DNA from: an uncultured bacterium
Lineage (GTDB): Bacteria; Krumholzibacteriota; Krumholzibacteriia; Krumholzibacteriales; Krumholzibacteriaceae
NCBI GenBank assembly: GCA_963813815.1
Contig: CAWFAD010000010.1
Span: 64,001 to 128,000, forward strand
DNA: 64,000 nucleotides
Reading direction: 5' to 3'
In this document: piece by piece, positions 8,667 through 16,913 of the stretch
How positions within the stretch are numbered: the first letter of the stretch is position 1
Layout: each line of letters starts with the position of its first letter
Notes under the pieces: generated by a model
Database searches by the model: none
What the model saw: only the letters and a program-made list of their open reading frames with translations
What the model was told of the DNA's origin: nothing
Translations under genes and position numbers: made by a program

Positions 8667-9818
8667 TCAGATCTGCCGGGCGTGCATCACCTCGTGAGCG
8701 ATGATGAGGCGCTGGATCTCGCTCGTTCCCTCGAAGAGGCGGTTGATGCGCGAATCGCGGTACATCCGCTCGATCGGGTACTCGCGGATGAATCCGTAGC
8801 CGCCGTGCACCTGGAGCGCCGCGTCGACGATCCGGTCGAGCGCCTCGGAGCAGTAGAGCTTCACCATGGAGGATTCCTTGGTGACGTCCATGCCCTGGTC
8901 GTACATCCATGCGGTGCGGTACACGATCGATTCCATGTTGTAGATCTGAGTCGCCATGTCGGCGAGCATCCACTGAATGGCCTGGGTCTGGGATATCTTC
9001 GCGCCGAACTGAACGCGCTCCTTCGAGTGGCTCACGCTGAGGGAGAGAGCTTCCTTCGCGGCGCCGAGCGTGGCGGCGCCGAGCCCGAGACGACCGCAGG
9101 CGAGGATGCGCATGCCGACGATGACGCCTCTCCCCGCGCGGCCGAGGAGGTTCGCCGCGGGCACCTTGACGTCGTCGAAGATGAGCTCGGCGGTTTCCGA
9201 TCCGCGGATGCCCATCTTGTGCTCGATCTTGCCGATCGAGAATCCGGGGAACGCCCGCTCGACGATGAAGGCCGAAACCTTGCCGTCCGCCTTGCCGCCC
9301 TTGTTCCGTGCGAAGACGGTGAAGGTGTCGGCGAAGCTCCCGTTCGTGATGAAGTTCTTGCGGCCGTTCAGCAGATAGTGGTCGCCCTTTTCCTCGGCGA
9401 CCGTCTCGCAGTTGAAGGCGTCGGAGCCGGCGTTTGGCTCGGTGAGGGCGAAGGCGGCTATTTTGCGCCCCTCGGCGAGCGGCACGAGATACTTCTGCTT
9501 TTGCTCCTCCGTTCCGAACATATAGATGCCCGAGCTCCCGATGCTCTGGTGCGCGCCGATGAAGGTCGCGGTCGACGAGCACCCCCTGCCGATCTCCTCC
9601 TGCACGATGCAGTAGCCCGTCTCGCCCATGCCGGCCCCGCCGTACTCGGGCGGAAACGAGACGCCGAGCAGCCCCAGCTCGGCGATCTTCGCGATGAGCT
9701 CGCGCGGTATCTTCTCCTCCTGATCGATCCGCTCGGCGATCGGCTTGATCTCGTTCGCGACGAACTTGCGGACCATCTCGCGCAGCATTTTCTGCTCTTC
9801 GGTGAATGTCCAATCCAT
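8667..9818 (-). CDS. Acyl-CoA dehydrogenase
   Basis: FALTEPNAGSD, GRKNFITNG, KMGIRGSET, ERVQFG, QVHGGYGFIREYPIERMYRD, FEGTSEIQR; GGAGG RBS. Confidence 0.93.
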   Translation of the reverse strand: MDWTFTEEQKMLREMVRKFVANEIKPIAERIDQEEKIPRELIAKIAELGLLGVSFPPEYGGAGMGETGYCIVQEEIGRGCSSTATFIGAHQSIGSSGIYMFGTEEQKQKYLVPLAEGRKIAAFALTEPNAGSDAFNCETVAEEKGDHYLLNGRKNFITNGSFADTFTVFARNKGGKADGKVSAFIVERAFPGFSIGKIEHKMGIRGSETAELIFDDVKVPAANLLGRAGRGVIVGMRILACGRLGLGAATLGAAKEALSLSVSHSKERVQFGAKISQTQAIQWMLADMATQIYNMESIVYRTAWMYDQGMDVTKESSMVKLYCSEALDRIVDAALQVHGGYGFIREYPIERMYRDSRINRLFEGTSEIQRLIIAHEVMHARQI

Positions 9819-10053
9819 GCGGAGCCTCCTCCGTAGTCGTCGTTTCGGGTGATGCCGGCCTCCGGCGGCAATGGCGAATCGATGCGGGACGCGCCAAGAG
9901 ATGGAATACCCAGGCGCTCGGAAGGCCGGATTCGAGTTCGAGCGGGATAGGGTAAGTCCGCAACCCCTTCCTGTCAAGGGAAATGCGTTGCGACACCCCC
10001 CCGTTTCGTGCTACTCTGCGAAGCCGCGTCCGGACGGTGGAGGCGTCGATCGA

Positions 10054-10767
10054 ATGGCCGGAACCGCGCAGATCGAGCTCAGGATGGAATGGCTCCCGCT
10101 CGGCAAACGCCGCGCGACGGCCATGCTCCGCCGCGCGGTGCCCGCCGTCCGCGCCGCGGTCGAGGGCGCGCGGAGCCCTTCTGTGACGGAGATCGCGAGG
10201 AGCACGCGCGAGCCCTTTCGCGTGCTCGTCTCGACCGTCATCAGCGCGAGGACCAAGGACGAGGTGACGGCGGAGGCGAGCCGGCGTCTTTTGGGCCGCG
10301 CGTCGACGCCCCGGAGGTTGGCGGCGCTCCCCGAGCGGACGATCGCCGCTCTCATCTACCCGGCCGGCTTCTACCGGACCAAGGCGAGGGCGATCCGGGA
10401 GCTCTCCCGCGTGATCGCCCATGATCTCGGCGGGCGGGTCCCCGATACGATGGAGGGCCTGCTCGAGCTCCCCGGCGTGGGAAGGAAGACGGCCAACCTC
10501 GTGCTCACGCTCGGCTTCGGAAAGCCGGGAATCTGCGTCGACACGCACGTTCACCGGATATCGAACCGTCTCGGCGCCGTGCGCACGGCCCGTCCCGCCG
10601 AGACGGAAGCGGCGCTCCGCGCGGCCCTGCCGCGCGAGCACTGGATCGAAATCAACGATCTTCTGGTCATGTTCGGGCAAACGATCTGCGTTCCCGTCTC
10701 GCCGCGCTGCTCGGCGTGTCCCCTCGCCCGCGTCTGCCGGCGCGAGGGAGTGACGCGATCGCGATGA
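10054..10767 (+). CDS. nth: Endonuclease III
   Basis: HhH motif LPGVGRKTANLV, VDTHVHRISNRLG, Fe-S motif C-x6-C-x2-C-x5-C. Start uncertain (10054 or 10084). Confidence 0.9.
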   Translation: MAGTAQIELRMEWLPLGKRRATAMLRRAVPAVRAAVEGARSPSVTEIARSTREPFRVLVSTVISARTKDEVTAEASRRLLGRASTPRRLAALPERTIAALIYPAGFYRTKARAIRELSRVIAHDLGGRVPDTMEGLLELPGVGRKTANLVLTLGFGKPGICVDTHVHRISNRLGAVRTARPAETEAALRAALPREHWIEINDLLVMFGQTICVPVSPRCSACPLARVCRREGVTRSR

Positions 10768-10845
10768 ATCCGGACCGCCGCTTCCGCGAAGGGAACGCGG
10801 CGCGGACGGAAGGCCCGGCGGAAACGCTCGCATCGGAGGTTGCAC

Positions 10846-12135
10846 ATGAGGCTGCTCGCGACACTTGCCCTTTTTATCGCTCTCTGCGGCCCGGCCGCGG
10901 CGGGGACTCCCGGCTTCGACCGGTACTTCACGCCTCAGGCGCTCCGCATCGATCTCCACCACGGGGGCGACGCGGCGCACGAGACGTACAGTCTCGACGA
11001 GCTCCGGGCGGAGCCCTTCTACGCGGGGAGCCGGACGAATCTCCTCGACACCCTCGGCCTCGGCGAGTATCTCGTCCGGGTGTTCGATCTCAAAACGGGG
11101 GTCATGATATTCTCCCGCGGCTTTTCGACCGTCTTCGCCGAATGGAGGACGACGGACGAGGCGATCGCCGGATTCGGGAGGGTCTTCCACGAGTCGATCA
11201 TCGTTCCCTTTCCACGGGCGCCCGTGCAGGTCCGCGTCGAGCGGCGCGACCGCAACAGGGTGTTCAGGAGCCTGTTCGATCTCGTCGTCGATCCGGCCGA
11301 CTGGCATATCAACCGGGAGCGGAGGATGAGGGATTTCCGCGTCGTCGAGCTCGCCGCCAACGGTCCGAGCGAGCGCATGGTCGATATCGCGATCCTCGCC
11401 GACGGTTACCGGAGAGACGAGGTGCACAAGCTCCGCAAGGACGCTGATCGCCTCCTCGCCGTGCTCTTCGGCATGGAGCCGTTCAAGAGCCGCAAGCGGG
11501 ATTTCAACGTCAGGCTCATCGAGAGCCTCTCGGCGGAGTCGGACATCGACGAGCCCCGCGAGGGTCGCTGGCGCGCGAACGCGCTCGGATGCTCGTTCGA
11601 AGCCTTCGATATCCCCCGCTACGTGCTGACCTATTCGAACAAGGTCATGCGGGACGTCGCCGGCAACGTGCCGTACGACGCCGTGCTCGTCCTCGCGAAC
11701 GCCAAGCGGTACGGCGGCGGGGGCATCTACGGGCTCTACGCGATCAGCACCGTCGACAACGAGTTCTCGCCGTTCGTGTTCACGCACGAGTTCGGCCACT
11801 CGTTCGCGGGGCTCGGCGACGAGTATTACTCGTCGGAGGTGGCCTACAACGACATGTATCCGCGCGGCATCGAGCCGTGGGAGCCCAATATAACGGCTCT
11901 CCTCGACTCGACCGCGGTGAAGTGGGGGGATCTCATTGCGCCGGGGACTCCCGTGCCGACGCCGGACGACTCGCTTCACGCGGACGTCGTGGGGTGTTTC
12001 GAGGGAGCGGGGTACTCGGCCAAGGGGCTCTACCGCCCGATGCGCGACTGCCGCATGTTTTCGAAGAAGGCGGACTCCTTCTGCCCCGTGTGCCGGCGGG
12101 CGATCGAGCGGATGATCGATTTCCATGTGAAGTAG
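10846..12135 (+). CDS. Secreted M64-family (IgA peptidase-like) metallopeptidase
   Basis: Signal peptide; YGGGG, HEFGHSFAGLGDEY, EPWEPN, FEGAGY...YRP...CRM...FCPVC. Confidence 0.9.
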   Translation: MRLLATLALFIALCGPAAAGTPGFDRYFTPQALRIDLHHGGDAAHETYSLDELRAEPFYAGSRTNLLDTLGLGEYLVRVFDLKTGVMIFSRGFSTVFAEWRTTDEAIAGFGRVFHESIIVPFPRAPVQVRVERRDRNRVFRSLFDLVVDPADWHINRERRMRDFRVVELAANGPSERMVDIAILADGYRRDEVHKLRKDADRLLAVLFGMEPFKSRKRDFNVRLIESLSAESDIDEPREGRWRANALGCSFEAFDIPRYVLTYSNKVMRDVAGNVPYDAVLVLANAKRYGGGGIYGLYAISTVDNEFSPFVFTHEFGHSFAGLGDEYYSSEVAYNDMYPRGIEPWEPNITALLDSTAVKWGDLIAPGTPVPTPDDSLHADVVGCFEGAGYSAKGLYRPMRDCRMFSKKADSFCPVCRRAIERMIDFHVK

Positions 12136-12210
12136 GAAACGGGAACGGGGGCGGCCGCCGAGGCCGCCCCCGCCGGATGACGGGGAGGGACGAACGCGCC
12201 GTTCGCCCCG

Positions 12211-12717
12211 TCACGGACCGACGTTCATGAGGCGCTCTCCCCGCAGAAAATCGTCCGTGTTGTAATCCTCGGTGATCTCGAGGGCGCGATACTCCGCCTC
12301 GAGGATCGAGTAGTGGCTGCGCTCCATGCTCGCGAGGTACTCGAGCATCGATCGGCTGCTCTGGTCGCGCGTCTTTCCGGCCAGCGCGCCGTAGAACTCC
12401 TCCGATTTCTTTTCGGCCTCCATCGCGGCGGCGAAGCACTCTTTGAGGGTGGCGTCCCGCTCGAGCACGTCCGATACGCTCGGAACGAGCGATTTCGGAG
12501 GCAGGCTGAGATCGACGCCGGGGAAGCGCTTGCGGTAGGCCTCGGTGAGGATCCTTTCGTGGCTCTGCTCTTGGGCGATGAGAAAATCGACCTTCGCCTT
12601 GAGGTCGGGATTTTTCGCCTTTTCCCGCATGCGGTGATAGAGCTTGATCGCCTCGACCTCGGATTTGACGGCGATGGCGAGGACCTCGAGGGTCGTGAGA
12701 TCGCGTTCTCGGCTCAT
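12211..12717 (-). CDS. Rubrerythrin/ferritin-like diiron protein
   Basis: Duplicated E...EQSH / E...ERSH diiron motifs. Confidence 0.85.
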   Translation of the reverse strand: MSRERDLTTLEVLAIAVKSEVEAIKLYHRMREKAKNPDLKAKVDFLIAQEQSHERILTEAYRKRFPGVDLSLPPKSLVPSVSDVLERDATLKECFAAAMEAEKKSEEFYGALAGKTRDQSSRSMLEYLASMERSHYSILEAEYRALEITEDYNTDDFLRGERLMNVGP

Positions 12718-12831
12718 GCGCGAATCCTTTCGTTCCGTGCGGCGTGTCCGCGGGGACGCGCCATTATTTCACTTTACTCGGTCCGCGGCCGCTCGTACCT
12801 TGTGGGCGGCATCGTTCGAGAACCGTTTTCA

Positions 12832-12860
12832 ATAGTAGGGGAGCGGCGCGGCCGTGTCAA
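12832..12860 (-). promoter_or_regulatory. sigma70-type promoter
   Basis: TTGACA-17 bp-TACTAT on the minus strand. Confidence 0.55.
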
Positions 12861-12920
12861 GGACAGGCCGCCGGTTTGAGACGCCCGCGCCGCGGGAGCG
12901 TTCGTCCAAGGAGGACCGCC

Positions 12921-13442
12921 GTGGAGAACACGAACCGGCTCGAGGCGCTGAGGCTCGCCCTCGCGAACGAAGAGAAGGAACGCGATTTCTATCTCGCCCA
13001 CGCGAAACGCACGAAGGATCGTCTCGGCAGACAGATGTTCGAGTCGATAGCCGCCGACGAGGACGAGCATTACCGGCGGCTCGCGGAGCTCGGCAAGAAG
13101 CTCGAGGAGCGCAACAAGTGGCCCGAGGGCTTTTCGCCCGATATCCGGACCCGCGTCACCGATGCCCTCAACCGTCTCAGCAAGGAAGCGAGCTCCGCTC
13201 CCGAGAGCGACGACGACGATCTCGAGGCGGTCAAGATCGCGATCGAGTTCGAGAAGAAGGGCGAGGCCTTCTACGCGCGTCTCGCCGACGGGGCGAAGGA
13301 CAAGGCGGAGAAACGCTTTTTCTCGCTGCTCGCCTCGATGGAGCGCGAGCATATGCTCTCGCTCGAGGACACCTTCGAGTATTTCACCGATCCGGAAAGC
13401 TGGATGGAGAGAAAAGGCGGCCGCCACCTCGACGGCGCGTGA
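12921..13442 (+). CDS. Rubrerythrin/ferritin-like diiron protein
   Basis: ALANEEKERDFY...EDEH; AIEFEKKGEAFY...EREH; GTG start after AAGGAGG. Confidence 0.85.
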   Translation: MENTNRLEALRLALANEEKERDFYLAHAKRTKDRLGRQMFESIAADEDEHYRRLAELGKKLEERNKWPEGFSPDIRTRVTDALNRLSKEASSAPESDDDDLEAVKIAIEFEKKGEAFYARLADGAKDKAEKRFFSLLASMEREHMLSLEDTFEYFTDPESWMERKGGRHLDGA

Positions 13443-13463
13443 GTCCCGGCCGGCCCGGCGAAG

Positions 13464-14213
13464 CTACAGCGTGATCCCGCCGTCCACGACGATGGTCTGC
13501 CCCTGGATCCAGGAGGCCTCGTCCGAGAGCAGAAAGACGACGACGGCGGCGATCTCCTCCGGTCTCGCGAGGCGGCGCGCCGGAGTTCGCTCCTTCCATT
13601 TTTCGACGAGCGCTTCCCTATCGGGGAAATAGTCGAGCGCCGCCGTGTCGACGGGCCCTCCCGAAACCGCGTTCACGTTGACGCCGCGCGGCGCGAGCTC
13701 GGCGGCGAAGTAGCGGACGAGCGTCTCGAGCGCCGATTTGCTCGCGCCGACCGCCGCGTACCCGGGCAGGCACGTGAAGCTCCCGATCGACGAAACGGCC
13801 ACGGCGCGCCCTCCCGATTCGGGGAAGAGCTTCGCCGCTTCCTGCATGCCGAGCAGAAAGGCCCGGGCGTTCGCATTGAGGGCGAGGTCCCAGCCGAAGC
13901 GGCCGATCCTCGTCGCCGGTCCGATGACGCCGGAGACGGCGTTCGACACGAAGCAGTCGAGCCCGCCGAACGCCTCCTTGGCGGCGGCGAAGAGGCTCCG
14001 GATGTCCTTCGGCTCCGACACGTCGGCCCTGATCCGCACGGCCCGGCGGCCGAGACGCTCGATCGCGAGCGCGGTTTCGGCCGCCGCTTCCTCGTTCTTC
14101 ACGTAGCTCAGAACGACGTCGGCGCCTCGTCCGGCGAGCCGGAGCGCCACGGCGCGGCCGATGCCGCGGGAGCCCCCCGTCACGAGGACGCGTTTTCCCG
14201 AAAAGTCTTCCAT
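13464..14213 (-). CDS. SDR oxidoreductase, FabL-like enoyl-ACP reductase
   Basis: TGGSRGIG, FVSNAVSG, Y-x6-K (YAAVGASK), NVNAVSGG, WIQGQTIVVDGG. Confidence 0.8.
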   Translation of the reverse strand: MEDFSGKRVLVTGGSRGIGRAVALRLAGRGADVVLSYVKNEEAAAETALAIERLGRRAVRIRADVSEPKDIRSLFAAAKEAFGGLDCFVSNAVSGVIGPATRIGRFGWDLALNANARAFLLGMQEAAKLFPESGGRAVAVSSIGSFTCLPGYAAVGASKSALETLVRYFAAELAPRGVNVNAVSGGPVDTAALDYFPDREALVEKWKERTPARRLARPEEIAAVVVFLLSDEASWIQGQTIVVDGGITL

Positions 14214-14240
14214 GGCTCGTTCGCCGGGGCCGGCGCGTTC

Positions 14241-15173
14241 CTACCAGCCCGGAGCGGATTCCTCCCCCTGCAGAAATTTCAGGGCGTCGATCGCGGCGCG
14301 GCAGCCGCTGCCGGCCGCCGAGATCGCCTGCCGGTAGCGCGGATCGGCCACGTCGCCCGCGGCGAACACGCCCCGCACCGACGTGCTCGTGCCCTTCGTC
14401 ACGACGTATCCGTGAGGGTCGAGCTCGATCTTTCCCTTGAAGAGGGCGGTGGCGGGATCGTGGCCGACCGCGACGAAAACCCCGTCGACGGCGAGCTCCC
14501 TGCGCGCGCCCGTCTTCACGTCGCCGAGGACGAGCGCCGTGACTTTGTTCAAGGCGGGATCGAGTATATCCTCCACCACGGCGTTCCACTCGAACGCGAT
14601 CTTCGGATTGTCGAGCGCCTTCTTCTGCATGGCCTTCGAGGCGCGAAGCTCGTCCCGGCGGTGAACGATCGTCACCGAGCTCGCGAACCGCGTGAGAAAG
14701 GTCGCCTCTTCGACGGCGGCGTCGCCTCCTCCGACGACGGCCACGCGCTTTCCGGTGAAGAAGAATCCGTCGCAGGTCGCGCACGCGGACACGCCTTTGC
14801 CCCGAAGCAGTTTCTCCGATTCGAGCCCGAGCCAGCGGTAGGCGGAGCCCGTCGCGATGATGATGGAGCGCGTTTCGAACGTCTTCGCGCCCATCGAAAC
14901 CCTGAAGGGGCGGCTTTCGAGGTCGACCGAGGTGACCTCGCTCGATACGAGCTCGGCCCCGAACCGCTCGGCCTGCGCGCGGACGCGCTCCATGAGCTCG
15001 GGGCCCTGGATGCCCTCGGGAAATCCGGGGAAATTGTCGACGGTCGAGGTGATGGTGAGCTGGCCGCCCGGCTCGGCGCCGGTCGCGACGAGCGTCGAGA
15101 GCTCGGAGCGGCGGGCGTAGATCGCCGCGGTGAGACCGGCCGGGCCGGAGCCGATGATCGTGACGTCGTGCAT
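14241..15173 (-). CDS. trxB: Thioredoxin-disulfide reductase
   Basis: IIGSGPAG, GVSACATCDG, VVGGGDAA, HRRDELRA, GVFAAGDV. Confidence 0.95.
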   Translation of the reverse strand: MHDVTIIGSGPAGLTAAIYARRSELSTLVATGAEPGGQLTITSTVDNFPGFPEGIQGPELMERVRAQAERFGAELVSSEVTSVDLESRPFRVSMGAKTFETRSIIIATGSAYRWLGLESEKLLRGKGVSACATCDGFFFTGKRVAVVGGGDAAVEEATFLTRFASSVTIVHRRDELRASKAMQKKALDNPKIAFEWNAVVEDILDPALNKVTALVLGDVKTGARRELAVDGVFVAVGHDPATALFKGKIELDPHGYVVTKGTSTSVRGVFAAGDVADPRYRQAISAAGSGCRAAIDALKFLQGEESAPGW

Positions 15174-15374
15174 GAACGTTCCTCCTGTGAGCGGAGCAGG
15201 GCTCAGAGTATAAGAATCGCGGAGGGCCGCGACAAGGGAAATCAGGGCCCGGGCCGCCCGGCGGGGCCGCCGGTAGCGTCAAGTAACGTGTGCAAATCGG
15301 GGTAGTGGGCGGCCCGGCGTCTTGCGGCGGACGGCGAGTCCGTGGTACGCTCGCCCTCGTACGGGAGGACCGCT

Positions 15375-15482
15375 ATGCCCGCCAATCTGCCGCCGCAATA
15401 CTACAAGGCCGAGGAAGAGTACAAGAGCGTCGAGCGCGATAACGTGCTCGAGGACGGGGACGTCATCGAGCTTCACATCTGA
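15375..15482 (+). pseudogene. 35-codon internally deleted remnant of a DRG/Obg-family TGS-domain GTPase
   Basis: MPANLPPQYYKAEEEYK (family N-terminus) joined in frame to SVERDNVLEDGDVIELHI* (TGS C-terminus); GGGAGG RBS. Confidence 0.65.
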
Positions 15483-16324
15483 CGGCGCAGCGCGCGCAGC
15501 ACGGCGAGGTTCCGGCGGTCGTTGCGGCCGCGCTCGTCCTTCGGCGTTTCGAGAATCATGGGCCGGTCGAGGAATCGTCCGTCGTTCACGAGGAGCGAGA
15601 AGGCCGTTTCCCCGATCGTTCCGCGCCCGATGTGGGCGTGGCGGTCCACGCCGCTTCCGAGCTCCCGCGAGGAGTCGTTCAGATGAAAAACCTTGAGCCG
15701 CTCGAGGCCGATCGTCCGGTCGAAGAGCTCGAAGGTCCGGTCGAAGGAGCGCTTCGCGCGGAGGTCGTATCCCGCGGCGAAGGCGTGGCACGTGTCGAAG
15801 CAGACGCCGAGCCGGTCGCCGCGGTGGCAGAGCTCCATGATACGGGCGATCTCCTCGAAGGTGCGTCCGAGCGCGCTTCCCTGTCCGGCCGTCGTTTCGA
15901 GGAGGAGCCCGGTTCCCGATCCCTTCGCGGCGGCGAGGGCCGCGTCGATCGCCCGCGCCGCGCGCCGGCAGCCGCGCACCGATCCCTCCCCGCGATGGCT
16001 TCCCGGATGGATGACGAGGTAGGGAATGCCGAGGGCTCCGGCCCGCCGCAGCTCGTCGCCGAGGCAGTCGATCGAGCGCTCGAGAAGCCGGGGGTCGGGA
16101 GAGGCGACGTTGAGGAGGTAGCTCGCGTGGCCGACGACGAAGCCCGGCGCGAAGAGGGCCGCGAGCGATCGGAAGCGCTCGATTTCTTCCGGGGCGAGCG
16201 GGCGGGCGCGCCATTGATTCGAGCTCTTCACGAAGAGCTGCGCCGCGTTGCACCCGGCCGAGCGGGCGCGCTCGAGGGCGCGGTGCATTCCCCCCGCGAT
16301 CGACATGTGGGCGCCGAGATTCAT
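15473..16324 (-). CDS. nfo: Endonuclease IV
   Basis: LGAHMSIAGG, HASYLLN, HPGSH, LETTAGQG, CFDTCHAFAAGY, HLNDS, DRHAHIG, ILETP. Confidence 0.95.
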   Translation of the reverse strand: MNLGAHMSIAGGMHRALERARSAGCNAAQLFVKSSNQWRARPLAPEEIERFRSLAALFAPGFVVGHASYLLNVASPDPRLLERSIDCLGDELRRAGALGIPYLVIHPGSHRGEGSVRGCRRAARAIDAALAAAKGSGTGLLLETTAGQGSALGRTFEEIARIMELCHRGDRLGVCFDTCHAFAAGYDLRAKRSFDRTFELFDRTIGLERLKVFHLNDSSRELGSGVDRHAHIGRGTIGETAFSLLVNDGRFLDRPMILETPKDERGRNDRRNLAVLRALRRQM

Positions 16325-16406
16325 GTCCTCTCCGGTTGCGGGCGTTCTTGACTCCGCTCCACGGGGGCTAGTATTATCACATCGAACGACAGGAGGCCAC
16401 GGCGAA

Positions 16407-16646
16407 ATGGACGAGGATAGGAACGGCGAGTTCATCGAGCTCGCGAACGTGCAGGGAGATTTCGAAGCGCAGGTTCTGAGGGCGCTCCTCGAGTCCGAGG
16501 GGATCGACGTGATCGTGAAGGCGGGTCTCGTTCACTCCGTGCATCCGCTCACGGTCGACGGCCTCGGCGAGGTGCGGTTGTGCGTGCGCGACCGGGACGT
16601 CGAACGGGCGCGGGAGATTCTCGAGGCCTTCCGGAGCCACGGATAG
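16407..16646 (+). CDS. DUF2007-like small protein
   Basis: FEAQVLRALLESEGI...GEVRLCVRDRDVERAREIL; GGAGG RBS; upstream TTGACT...TATTAT. Confidence 0.75.
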   Translation: MDEDRNGEFIELANVQGDFEAQVLRALLESEGIDVIVKAGLVHSVHPLTVDGLGEVRLCVRDRDVERAREILEAFRSHG

Positions 16647-16676
16647 ACGCGGCGCCCGGGCCCGGCGCATCGACTC

Positions 16677-16705
16677 TTGCCATCCATCGGGAACTTCGCT
16701 ATTAT
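16677..16705 (+). promoter_or_regulatory. sigma70-type promoter of the tRNA
   Basis: TTGCCA-17 bp-TATTAT, 10 bp upstream of the tRNA. Confidence 0.6.
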
Positions 16706-16715
16706 CTTTCGGCGT

Positions 16716-16790
16716 GGGGGCTTAACTCAGCGGTAGAGTGCTATCCTCACACGATAGAAGTCGCAGGTTCAAATCCTGCAGTCCCCACCA
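16716..16790 (+). tRNA. tRNA-Val (anticodon CAC)
   Basis: Cloverleaf: acceptor GGGGGCT/AGTCCCC, D-arm CTCAGCGGTAGAG, anticodon arm CTATC-CTCACAC-GATAG, T-arm GCAGG-TTCAAAT-CCTGC, encoded CCA. Confidence 0.95.
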
Positions 16791-16913
16791 GGTTTTTCCG
16801 CTCGACCGGCCGAGCCGGCGGCGGGATGTCGCCGAGACCCGCCCGGCGGCGTCCGCGAGGGCGCCGCGTTTATGCGATAACGTTTTCCATCACCCGTCGA
16901 AAAGGAGTTCGCC

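Noticed and set aside
16716..16900. tRNA-Val as a possible integration site
   Set aside because: No integrase nearby and no duplicated tRNA 3' end noticed in the window
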